A program made the position numbers and the translations under genes. From assembly GCA_030704615.1 (NCBI GenBank), contig JAKLZA010000341.1:1-27372 (forward strand): a stretch of DNA of 27,372 nt, read 5' to 3'. The notes beneath the pieces are model-generated. The model made no database searches. It was not told where the DNA came from and saw nothing but the letters and a program-made list of their open reading frames with translations. Of this stretch, positions 9,307 through 19,100 are shown in pieces. Numbering within the stretch: position 1 is the first letter of the stretch; each line of letters starts with the position of its first letter. This stretch comes from Takakia lepidozioides. Its lineage: Eukaryota; Plantae; Bryophyta.

Positions 9307-11691
9307 TTGGAAACTATGGAGGAACTAACAGACTATACGCTCGCAATATTACTTACGCAATGGCAGAGACACGAAACGAAAGAGCAGAGCTTTTCTCTTG
9401 AACAATGCTTGCAAGCCCCGCAGGCTTACAAGAGATTACCCATAGCTTTCTGCGGCAACCATACGTTTCTGCTTTGTGCACTACAGGCATTCCTGCAGTT
9501 GTTACAGCCAAAGCAGTTCTGTGAGTCTAAGATGAAGAGAGTGAGAGGAATGGAGGAAATCAGGGTGAAGAGCACCACAATTCTGCAGAAACAAACGATG
9601 GCTACCCCACAGGCGATAAAGATACTGAAGGAGCTGAGATTGGAAGGATTGCAAAGCATGGATTGGACACTACACCATAGACAGTACATGTTACAATTTT
9701 TGCAGAACTTTGAGCCAAAGACAGGAACAACAACGGTGAAGGGAGTTGAATTAATGATTACTCCCCTATACCTCCAGCAATTGTTTCGATTGCCAGCAGG
9801 TCATGTGTATGTGGAGGAACACAGGGAAAGACTGCAAATAGGGGATTTATTCCAAGAAGGGAGTTTCTTTAAAACTCAGGGTTATGCTTGTACCAAAGCT
9901 GTGTACCCAGGGTTAAAAGACATAGGCCAAGTATTGAACGTTCTGATTGCCCTGAAACAGAACCAACAATATTTGAGCAGATCCTTCACAGAGGAAATCC
10001 TCAAAGGCTTGAAGGGACAAGAGGTACCATGGGCGGACATAATGTACAACGCACTGGTAGAGGAGATGAAAAGATTACAAGGTACTACCGCAAAATCTCC
10101 TATCATAGTGTCTGGCCCAATCATTGCTCAAATAATCCTTAGTTCTGGCATACTTAATGCACAAGAAAGGAAGGAAATGGGAGTGTTTGAGCCAGAAACA
10201 ACTGCAATGGAAGAGCAAGGCTCTTCACACAGTGAGGGTGGACTAGCAGCACAACCCGAGACTAAGAGGCAGAGAAGGGGAAAGACTGTAGTGGCGGATC
10301 CACTGGCTTCACGGATTCCGCATGATAATGTTTCCCAAGCTCATGACCAGGAAGGGGCACAGCAGCACAAAAGAATGTTATTACTGGAAGCAGGACCTTC
10401 AGAGAGGGAGGAAGAAGTTACTTCTGCATCACAACCAACACAGCCACTTGAACGACTTGTCACAAGGTCACAAGTTATCCATGCAGCTCAACCCGAAATA
10501 ATTGATTTGGAAAGTGAAGGGATAGATATTCCAACTACAGAACAGATAGTGGCAGAAATAGAGAAAGGGGACCTTCTCTATGAATATTCTGGTCTGGTCA
10601 AGCAGACAGAAATCCCAGAGGTGCAACAGTTGCCCAAGAGAAATCCTGAGGTACATATAATGCACACACCTGTGTCGGAGGTACCACAGGCGGAAGGCCA
10701 TGACACTGTAGCACCGGTCATAAATGAAGTAGTTCAGGAAGAAAATCCGGTGGGACAATGGTCTGAATGGTTAGTGAGACATCATACTGTTGAAGATCGG
10801 GAGGAACAGCAGCAACCTCACCATGATGACCCTCAACAGGCAATGCTGATGAGTTCCATAGGCAGGACACTTAATTTGTTGGGGACTTATGTCAAAACCC
10901 ATGTTCCAATTACCCAATTGACAGCCTTGAAAGAAGAACTCAGGAAGGAGTTTGAGGCTCGACTTGCCACTGAGTGTGCAAACAAGGTCGATGAAGAGGT
11001 CACTCTCAAGATGAAGCAGGACTTGGCCAATACAGAAATGGCTTTGCAATTGGCCAAGCAACAATTGATTGAGGCAGGCCTCGCGCAAGACCAGTTGCAC
11101 GAAGCACATAAGCAACAGCTATACCAAATGCAGGTGCAGCATGAAAGCAAGTTGCAAGAACTGAATGCACTACATACGGAGTTGCAGACAGTGCATAACA
11201 GGATGGCGATACAATGCGCTACATTTACAACTATGCTTGACCAATCAACAAAAGAAATAAACAGTCAAGCGGAAAAATGTACGAAGGCAGAAGAAGAGAA
11301 TGTGGAGCACATGAAGCTCATTGTCGATATGAAGAATACAATCTGTCGCAATGAAGATACTTTCAAGCAATACAGGCAGATGGAAGCTGAGAATGAGAAA
11401 TACATCGTGGAGTTGCAACAAACCATCGTGGCCAATAGAAATGAAATCGCGGTCAGTAACAAGGCTTCGAAAGAAGCCAATAATCTACTTGCTGCCTATG
11501 CGCAATTGGTTGAGCCACAGGCGAAGCGCATGAAGGCTTTACAACAGCAGTTGGAATTGTATAAGCTAAGAGAGGAGCAAACTCTCAGGGGAACCACAAG
11601 CAGCTTGGTGGATAACAGCCTTATGCAGGTCTGGTTAGCACAAGGGCCAGTAGAGGGCAAAGCCCACGGAAGCTCACCCAAAGCGAGATGA
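9307..11691 (+). CDS. Extra 3' ORF A (794 aa): Athila-ORF / 'putative plant transposon protein'-like N-terminal domain, disordered linker and long coiled coil
   Basis: Pattern QFLQNF...TTVKGVELMITPLYLQQLFRLP...VPWADIMYNALVEE...GPIIAQI resembles Athila 3'-ORF domains; heptad-rich E/Q/K region ~10920-11590. The family assignment is from memory of motifs only. Confidence 0.75.
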   Translation: METMEELTDYTLAILLTQWQRHETKEQSFSLEQCLQAPQAYKRLPIAFCGNHTFLLCALQAFLQLLQPKQFCESKMKRVRGMEEIRVKSTTILQKQTMATPQAIKILKELRLEGLQSMDWTLHHRQYMLQFLQNFEPKTGTTTVKGVELMITPLYLQQLFRLPAGHVYVEEHRERLQIGDLFQEGSFFKTQGYACTKAVYPGLKDIGQVLNVLIALKQNQQYLSRSFTEEILKGLKGQEVPWADIMYNALVEEMKRLQGTTAKSPIIVSGPIIAQIILSSGILNAQERKEMGVFEPETTAMEEQGSSHSEGGLAAQPETKRQRRGKTVVADPLASRIPHDNVSQAHDQEGAQQHKRMLLLEAGPSEREEEVTSASQPTQPLERLVTRSQVIHAAQPEIIDLESEGIDIPTTEQIVAEIEKGDLLYEYSGLVKQTEIPEVQQLPKRNPEVHIMHTPVSEVPQAEGHDTVAPVINEVVQEENPVGQWSEWLVRHHTVEDREEQQQPHHDDPQQAMLMSSIGRTLNLLGTYVKTHVPITQLTALKEELRKEFEARLATECANKVDEEVTLKMKQDLANTEMALQLAKQQLIEAGLAQDQLHEAHKQQLYQMQVQHESKLQELNALHTELQTVHNRMAIQCATFTTMLDQSTKEINSQAEKCTKAEEENVEHMKLIVDMKNTICRNEDTFKQYRQMEAENEKYIVELQQTIVANRNEIAVSNKASKEANNLLAAYAQLVEPQAKRMKALQQQLELYKLREEQTLRGTTSSLVDNSLMQVWLAQGPVEGKAHGSSPKAR

Positions 11692-13082
11692 ATGAGCTCA
11701 GACTGCAGGTGCAGAACATTGCCACAACTACTATAGACAATGTCTATAGTAGGATAGCAGAGTTACAAGAGGATGTAGACGGACTCCAGACTCAAGTGGA
11801 AGACCTCACTTCAAACATCGACCAAAGAGTCTATATCCCTCAGGAACAGCTAATGGCTTCTTATTTGCAAGCCAGAACTCTGGCTTTTCAGTCTTCACAG
11901 GAGGTGCAGGAGATGCCAATGGTACAGGAACCAGTACCACCACCACCACAACAGGTCAGTGTACCAGTAGCTGAACCTGTGGTTACTACAACCACACCAC
12001 AGCCACCACAGCCGGAGGTATGGGGCAATGCAGCTTTTAACCCACCTAAAACTCCAGCTGCCAGGGAGTACAGTAGGGCTATGATTATGCCCTTCAACCA
12101 AATTCCCATCATGTTGGATTTGGCTTGGAAAGAATTTAGTCCTCCGCAGTCATTCGCACATTACTACCAAATCATGCGTATTTGGCTGCCAGTGGCAACC
12201 AGGACTAAAGTTCTTCCAAACAATCGACATATTGAAGATCATCACTTTGCACAATACTGGCACGAGGCAGGTACCATGTTGAGGGAATTGGTTGCTTTCC
12301 AGGTTGTACATGGACTCATTTATACCAAGACCAAGGAGATAGCAAGTATTGTCATGGGGTGCGGGCTATACTACGCTGCTTGTTTTCTGATACGTTACCA
12401 CATTGAGCAACAAAAGATGCAAGCACGCTTTCAAAGTTACTCCAGTGGAGATCATTGGGTATTACCTTCGGTGCCACCTCATATGTACCTATATGACCCA
12501 AAAGTTATGATACAGAAGGATTCTCAAATTCGTTCATGGTTTCAAGCAGCCTGCAACAATTTGTCAACACAGAAATTCGGACTTGATGACATTTTCTATA
12601 AGGGACATATCGCATGGAAATACTTGCACGCTGCACCAGTAATTGGTACCCCACTCATCTGGACAGACAAGGAGCTCAGTGTCTACACCAATTTTGCTGT
12701 TCAACGGTTACACCAGGTTGTAAAATGCAAACTTCCAGACATGGTAGGACAGCATTGTATGCCCCAGATGATTCCACAAAAAGTTCGAAAATTAAAACAC
12801 CTGAGAGGCGATGAGGATTCTGATACAACTGTTTCTTCACAAAATTCTTTTGACATGGGAGAAGACTATGCAATTCAGATGGAAGAGAAGAAACAAAGGG
12901 GATCTCCTATGCCGGAAAGATTACCTCGATATCAGCCTCCAGAAGGCCTCACTTATCCAGGTAGTGATCAACCATCTCCATCAACCAGAGACAGACCTCG
13001 GGCTCGTACACACAGCCCACCACGAAACTCTCAACGTCAACAAGGTGCTCACTCACAAAGGTTTGCTACTCGGAAACAGTAA
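11688..13082 (+). CDS. Extra 3' ORF B (464 aa), unknown; overlaps ORF A by ATGA, or is its frameshifted continuation
   Basis: Long stop-free ORF with N-terminal coiled coil, Pro-rich linker, aromatic-rich central domain and basic tail; ends 37 bp before the 3' LTR. Confidence 0.75.
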   Translation: MNELRLQVQNIATTTIDNVYSRIAELQEDVDGLQTQVEDLTSNIDQRVYIPQEQLMASYLQARTLAFQSSQEVQEMPMVQEPVPPPPQQVSVPVAEPVVTTTTPQPPQPEVWGNAAFNPPKTPAAREYSRAMIMPFNQIPIMLDLAWKEFSPPQSFAHYYQIMRIWLPVATRTKVLPNNRHIEDHHFAQYWHEAGTMLRELVAFQVVHGLIYTKTKEIASIVMGCGLYYAACFLIRYHIEQQKMQARFQSYSSGDHWVLPSVPPHMYLYDPKVMIQKDSQIRSWFQAACNNLSTQKFGLDDIFYKGHIAWKYLHAAPVIGTPLIWTDKELSVYTNFAVQRLHQVVKCKLPDMVGQHCMPQMIPQKVRKLKHLRGDEDSDTTVSSQNSFDMGEDYAIQMEEKKQRGSPMPERLPRYQPPEGLTYPGSDQPSPSTRDRPRARTHSPPRNSQRQQGAHSQRFATRKQ

Positions 13083-13103
13083 ACCGTGAGGACACGGCTT
13101 TTT

Positions 13104-13116
13104 GAGGGGGAAGGGG
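13104..13116 (+). other. Polypurine tract, preceded by a CCGTG-AGGA-CACGG hairpin
   Basis: GAGGGGGAAGGGG ends 3 nt before the 3' LTR; a TGAGGACA-centred stem-loop at 13084-13097 is typical upstream of gypsy PPTs. Confidence 0.9.
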
Positions 13117-13119
13117 TAA

Positions 13120-14063
13120 TGTTAGAGGACTGTAGGGGACTTAGACACTTATACGGGATCTGTAGGGTACCCTTAATTTTTGCACAGACTGAGACAAACA
13201 GGAACCTTAGGGGTGACAGCAGCGCACTGTAGAGGGGGGTTACATAGCCCACACAGCCGACACAGCAGTCACAGCCCACACAGCCAACACAGCCCGTCAC
13301 AGTCGTCACAGCCCACACAGCCCACACAGCCGTCACAGTCGTCACAGCACACAACCCACACAGCCAGTCACAGCCCGGCACAGCCACACAGCCAGTCACA
13401 GCCCGACACAGCCAAACACAGCCAGTCACCGCTTGACACAGCTGTCACGATAATAGGGAACGAAGAGTAGGACAGGGAACGACTGTGGGGAACAACACCT
13501 GTGAAGGGAACATGTTAGTTCACATACGACGGTTAGAGAGGGAAACGGTTAGAACCGCGGATAGGAGGATAAAGGGAAGAACGGGGAATAGGAAGGGGAT
13601 CATTATTCGGGGAGGACTTCGGAGACAGGCGGGAGCGGAGATCGGAGAGCACGATGAAGGAGAAAAGAGGATTAGTAGATGCTTGTTATATGCAAAGCTG
13701 TAGTGATATTGTAGAGCAGATTAGAGACATAATGGCTTCGGCCTGATACCTGATAAATCATAATCTGATACTTATACGATACAATCACACTGTGTAGAGA
13801 GATCTGAGTGAAGCTGTGGATTGAATGGAGGAGTTAAGGAAACCGATAAATTGATGAAGCAAACTGATACTTAATTATCAATGGTAAGGTAGCTAAGATG
13901 AATGCGGAAAAGGAAACAAATAGGAAACACCCCCATGATACACTAGCTGTAGGTCATGACTGATTGTTCTGCGCGGGCTGAGTACTTAGAGATTTCCAAC
14001 TCTTCTATCTTGGAGTTTCCGCCTCGGATAGCGAAGGGATGGGTGAGTAAAAGCCGCGCGACA
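13120..14063 (+). repeat. 3' LTR (944 bp)
   Basis: Direct repeat of 819-1765, followed by the GCAGT TSD. Confidence 0.97.
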
Positions 14064-14068
14064 GCAGT
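14064..14068 (+). repeat. 5-bp target-site duplication GCAGT (right copy)
   Basis: Identical to 814-818. Confidence 0.95.
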
Positions 14069-14320
14069 CATTGCCCATAGTTTGCATGGCAGGGTAGGAA
14101 ACTGAAACGGACATTCATGGAGCAGCCAATCTTCATCCGTCCAGGATCCTGTAGGGAGGGGGATTTAAATGTGCCCTGGATTGTTTGTGAGGAAATTGCA
14201 GCGTTAGCTTGAAACTTTTCCAGCCACCGCGCTGTCCTCCTCCATCCGGAAGCTGCTGTCATTGAGCGTGGTATCCAGTACTCCGGAATTTGTCAAGGTG
14301 CGGCCACCGAAACTCTAGCC

Positions 14321-14843
14321 GACTGCCCTTTATCATGGCCACGATATTGCTATGTTCAAAACTAGAATCAGGGACATCATTGTCTGGCTCTCTGTTTTCA
14401 CAGACGCTGCTGAATCAAGCAAGAGTCTTTGCGCGAATGAGTATCTGGAGGGATATACCGCTTTGAGCGAGGTGAGGGCGAGGGTCAAGCGGTCCGTGGG
14501 TCCTGAAATTTGTTGACCTCGATATACCAAGTGGATAGGGATGCCGGACAGATCACGCACGGCCTCGCTTTGGCGCTGGAACTGCTGCCAGTGGACCAGG
14601 GAGGACGGCACCGGGGAAAACTATATACGAGCAGATCACTCCGCTCTTCCAGTGTATGGAGACATTCGGCTGAGTTGCGAAGACGAATCGAACGGGCACA
14701 TGAGGCCCACAGTGACCTTGTCAATGTATGATGGTGGTATCATTGATGGACATGACATTTGTCGTCGGCTTAGCAAGGGTAGCAGAACGACCGAATTGCA
14801 GTTTACCTCGAGGTGCCGCAGCAGTAATGAGTTGTTTTTTTGA
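14321..14843 (+). pseudogene. Frameshifted paralogue of the 1-695 gene (RWNCCQW family); 5' end undefined
   Basis: Across frames it reads DCP-YHGHDIAMF...DIIVW...NEYLEG..FERGEG...PWVLKFVDLD...RTASLWRWNCCQWTREDGTGENY...PVYGDIRLS...LSMYDGGIIDGHDI...LQFT, collinear with the minus-strand protein. Confidence 0.7.
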
Positions 14844-15122
14844 GGGGTATCGAAGTTCGTCGACTTGGTGAAGCCCATGTAGAAGGAGGAAGGGCCTTAG
14901 TTTTGTCTGCAGTTGGTAAATGTGAGACATCGTGTCCGATCAATAAACCCATCGTACCTCACTCTGTGTGATGTGTTTCATTCTGTTGAATAACTGTCAG
15001 AATTGGCCCACTGTTTACAATTTGATGTCTCATTTCTACAATTTGTCTGTCCGGATGAATATCCCAGAGTAACGTATGAGGAGTCATGTGTCAAGAATAT
15101 ACCAGAGTAACGCCATGTCGGA

Positions 15123-15930
15123 CATTGAAATGCGGCACCACATTTCAATGTGGGACAAGGAAATGCGGCACCGCATTTCCAGTCGGACAAGGAAATGCGG
15201 CGTGCCGATTGCCATGCGACATGGAAATGTATAACCGCATTTCAGTGTGGGACAATGGAATGCGGTGCATCATTTCCGTCCAGGTACACGAAATACCAAC
15301 ACGGGTCTATAAATTGGACAGACAACGAGGTTGGCATTGCAAATGCGGCGACGCATTTCCAGCTTGGCAATGGAAACTTCTTTTGGACAAGGGAATGCGG
15401 TGCCGCATTTCCGTCCAACACTTCGAAAAGTGTGACATTTCCGACCAGCGCGATGGAATGCGTTACCGCATTTCCGTGAGAGGGTCTGCAAATGGACAAA
15501 TTGCGATGTCCGTTCTGGAAATGCGGCGCCGCATTTCCATGTCCGTCATCGACTTTTTTTTACAATGGAATGCGGTGCCAATTTTTGCTGATGGGCCTGC
15601 AGTTCGAACAACGACCATCCCCAATATGGAAATGCGGCACCGCATTTCCAATTCCGCCATCTCGACCTCCTTGTTCGACCTCCTTGTTCGACCTCTGTAA
15701 GCGTGGTGGCATCCATGCAATGAGCGGGAGAGGCCAAAAACTGGCGTGTGGACAAAGGAAATTTTGGAAATGCGGCACCGCATTTCCAATCGGCCGATTA
15801 CTTTTTACTATGCCAACATTGAAATGGAAAATTTAGTCCCTCCCCTGTTTTGGAAATGCGGTGCCGCATTTCCAAAAGAGGTTTTTAGAGTTGCCAAAAT
15901 TTTGGAAATGGAAATGCGGTGCCCCATTTT
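15123..15930. repeat. Array 1 of the 22-bp palindrome GGAAATGCGG-YR-CCGCATTTCC (~14 copies)
   Basis: Clear copies at ~15159, 15391, 15517, 15628, 15766 and 15852, plus degenerate ones; the first five are spaced 32-33 bp apart. Confidence 0.93.
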
Positions 15931-16100
15931 GATTTTGGGAGCGTCGTGGTTTGGGCGATTGTGTGGCTGGAATGCACACTGGAGAGGGGTCACGAATGTC
16001 GGGGAGATTTTCTTTATATACTCTGGAAGAGAATTTACATTTACAGAGACTTCATTAAAATTCTATTAATCTTGAAAATCATCCGAATCCTCATCCTGTT

Positions 16101-19100
16101 CTAGACTGTCCTGCTCCGCCTCCACCCCCTCAGTGCCTTTCTCATCTCCAGCGGACTGCTCGTTGGCCAGGCTTTCGAAAATCCCATCTTCCCTTGCGGA
16201 ACTGTCCATCTCACCTCCGTTGGGTCGTCTTCCTCCCTGTCTGCGTCGCTCTCATCCGCTGAATCACATATGTACTTTCGTACCCGTCTACCTGTCTGAG
16301 CTGCTGCCAACTCTTTCCTTATCCTTCTGTCCTCCCTAGCCCTCTCCAAAATCTGCTCTACTTTACTGGGATTCTCACTTCTTCTAATCGCTGTATTTGC
16401 GAGTTTAGCTGCATAACTAGGAAGGAGAGGAGTAGTCCCTCACGGGCTCGTCATGAAGTCGGCCCTCGCAAAGAACGGGACATTCTTCCTGGCAGGAAGT
16501 GTAGGCCCTACATGTTTCGACCCGGACCCTGCAATCCTGCACATGACAATCATCAACGAGACTAATGAGAACCACAGTCGGGAAATTCGTTTGACAAAAT
16601 GACCCAGAAGGCTTTGCAAACTTACAATGTTTGCACTCACTCGTATTCCGGGTTCTCCTCCGCATCAATGTCCACTGTGTCTTCCTCGGACTCCGACGAA
16701 TCCGAGGAGACTTCCGCTCTGTGGGAGCCTTAACATTCCGTTGCAGCCCTTCCAGATGGGATCCCCACACGGATGAATCCTCCTCGTAGGCAAAGAGGTG
16801 CCGGTCGGAAAAACGCCCAGCCCACATTGAGGCACCTGTTACAATGCCATCCACACATTACCACATGGCGCTTCAGATGTTGCGAACTACATCCTAACGA
16901 GAATTTGCAGAACAGCATAGAGATCAAGATTCTGCATACCTGTCCCACAGATGAGGTCGAGCACTGTGCCCTCCACGTCTGTGCATGTCTCCATAATTGT
17001 CTGAATGAAGGCAGGGCTCCGAGTCCGTGAGTACCGCAGGGGTTCCGTTGAAGTGAGGCTATGAGGGAGAAGTTCCTTGGGAACGTTGTTGAACAGAACG
17101 TCGTAATCGAGGGGGTCGCAGTTCGGGTCAACCTTTCCTCCCTCCTTCCGGAAAAGCAAAGGTGGAGTTCTCCTTCACAAAGCAGTATGCATCGAACTGC
17201 TTCGTCTGCATACACAGGGGGGAACGATTAGAAACCGAATGCGGCACCGCATTTGAAAACACCCAAGCAAATGAATGGACGAGTGCCAGTGTCGTAATCA
17301 CCTTCTTCCCTTCCGACCGAAGGCCCAGTGTGTTGATGCACGTCCACTTCTTTTTCAGAATCGGGACGGCGCTCTTGCGGGTCCACTTCGCAATTCCTGT
17401 CTGAGTGTTTTTTCCTCTGCTCGCCAGGACAACCACACAGCCTCTGTCGTCCAACACCATGCGGGCAAGCCCGAATCCTTTCTTCCAAAAGTCCTCCGAG
17501 TACCTGTTCCAAGATGGCAAAGCTTGCAGTCCTTCCACAGGCTCTCCGTCCGGAATATCCAAGATGATCATATCGCAAGACCACTCGGTGGCATTTCCGC
17601 CCCTCCTACAATCCTTGTCTGCACACACCCTCTCAAAGAACGAGACCATATTCTGAAATCCTGGGGTGTCGGAAGGCTCTTCGGCAGTCGCCTTCTTCAG
17701 TGCTCTGCCCTTCAGACCCTCCATGGTCTTCATGTATGCCAACTTGGCTGCCCGTCCATCCAAAGCCGCCAAGAAACTCTCATTTACACACTGGACTACT
17801 GTTTCGGGAGCCACTTTCGGCCTCTTCATTTCCACCGGCTCGAAAGGGTGCCCCCTGGGGGGTTGAAGAGTGCCTTCTTTGCCGAGCCAGTTCTCGTGCC
17901 TCTCGTGACAACGGTGGGCACAGGGGAGGCAGCCTGCGTTTGGGGGGTGGGCTGGTTGCAAAGTCTCCATCGGAGTCCTCTTCCTCACCCTCTTCCTGAA
18001 CAGGCTGTTTCTGCTTCTTGTTTTGGCGGGTGTCACAACAGCTGCTCCTTGCTGGCGAGTCCTCTTCTTCGACCCCTTCTGTTGGGCCTGCACAGCTGCA
18101 TCCACCGTCTTTTGTGCCATCTCAGCTGCCTTTCTGGATTCTTCCAGAGCAGCAGATTCCTTTGCCGACTTTGGCCCAGCAGGGACACGTCTTTCCTTTC
18201 TCTCTCTTCTGCCAAGGCGTGCAGATCTTTCTCAGACTCGTCAACAATACCGCCAGAAATCCATGTCCAGGTACCAGGGCATCCAACGAGATGCGCGGGA
18301 TGCCATTGTTTCTGCATCTCGGGTGTGTAGACACAGCTTGGGCCCGCCACGGTCCAAGCCATGAAGAACGGGGGCTCTTGAGCCAGGGCCCCTGTCTGAA
18401 GGAGCACGTATTTCATATACCTGCAAGGCAGTCAGCATGCGTGAGCATAAGATTGGACCAACCTACTCGCAGAGTGCCACCGAAAACATAAAATGCGAAT
18501 GCGGTGCCGCATTTCCGAGACAAACCTCGTAACCAGGCTTCGCATACAAGGGCAGCTGTGCTTCACCTGTAAACAATTCGCATTGCAGCTTTCCCGCTCC
18601 CTCCTGATGTGTAAACTCCACGCTCCTTCTTGCTGTCTGTAGCTCTCTGGCGAAAAGGTTGTCCTTGTACGCACATCTGAAACGTGTCACGTAGTCTTCC
18701 AATGTCTGTGTTCCATCCCATTTGACGTACAAGCCGAACGAATTTGTGTGCATTACGACTTGCTCCTTCGCATTCGACATTACCTGCGATTCCCAAATGC
18801 ATTGTCACGTAGCAGTTCAGGGAATTCATTTCAGAAAAGCAAATCTGGGGAAGTACCTTGAATTACCTGGAACCACCAAGTCATGCGGTTGAGCCACACA
18901 TCCACTGCAGGGTCGGAAACTTCGAGTGGAAAAGACCACATTGTCCTTATGCTCTCGGATGCATTCCAGATCGACAGCCACCGTGTCTGCCATTTCCGAT
19001 CCAATGTCAGGAGCTGGAAGAGAGTGGCTATTGCTAGGAAGGAACTTCAGTGCATTGAAACCTCACCTTCTCTTTCGCCTCCACACATGCCGTTGAGAGG

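Larger units (their letters stand above)
819..14063 (+). mobile_element. Full-length Ty3/gypsy LTR retrotransposon, non-chromovirus (Athila-like), 13,245 bp
   Basis: Paired LTRs TGT...ACA, 5-bp TSD, PBS, PPT, and domain order gag-PR-RT-RH-IN. RT motifs FMDGFSGYNQ and VFLDDFSV are Athila-type. No chromodomain and no second RNase H were seen. Confidence 0.96.

Noticed and set aside
9307-13082. True retroviral env gene
   Set aside because: No clear signal peptide, fusion peptide or C-terminal transmembrane anchor is visible.
15663-15695. 13-bp tandem duplication CGACCTCCTTGTT (x2.5)
   Set aside because: Ordinary local slippage with no further structure.
15086-16069. ORFs with repeated CGAAFP / EMRRRIS / GNAAPHF peptides (also 21573-23019)
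   Set aside because: They are translations of the stop-free palindrome and appear in all six frames.
17275-18330. 351-aa plus-strand ORF
   Set aside because: Antisense shadow of the methyltransferase-containing exons, with no motif of its own.
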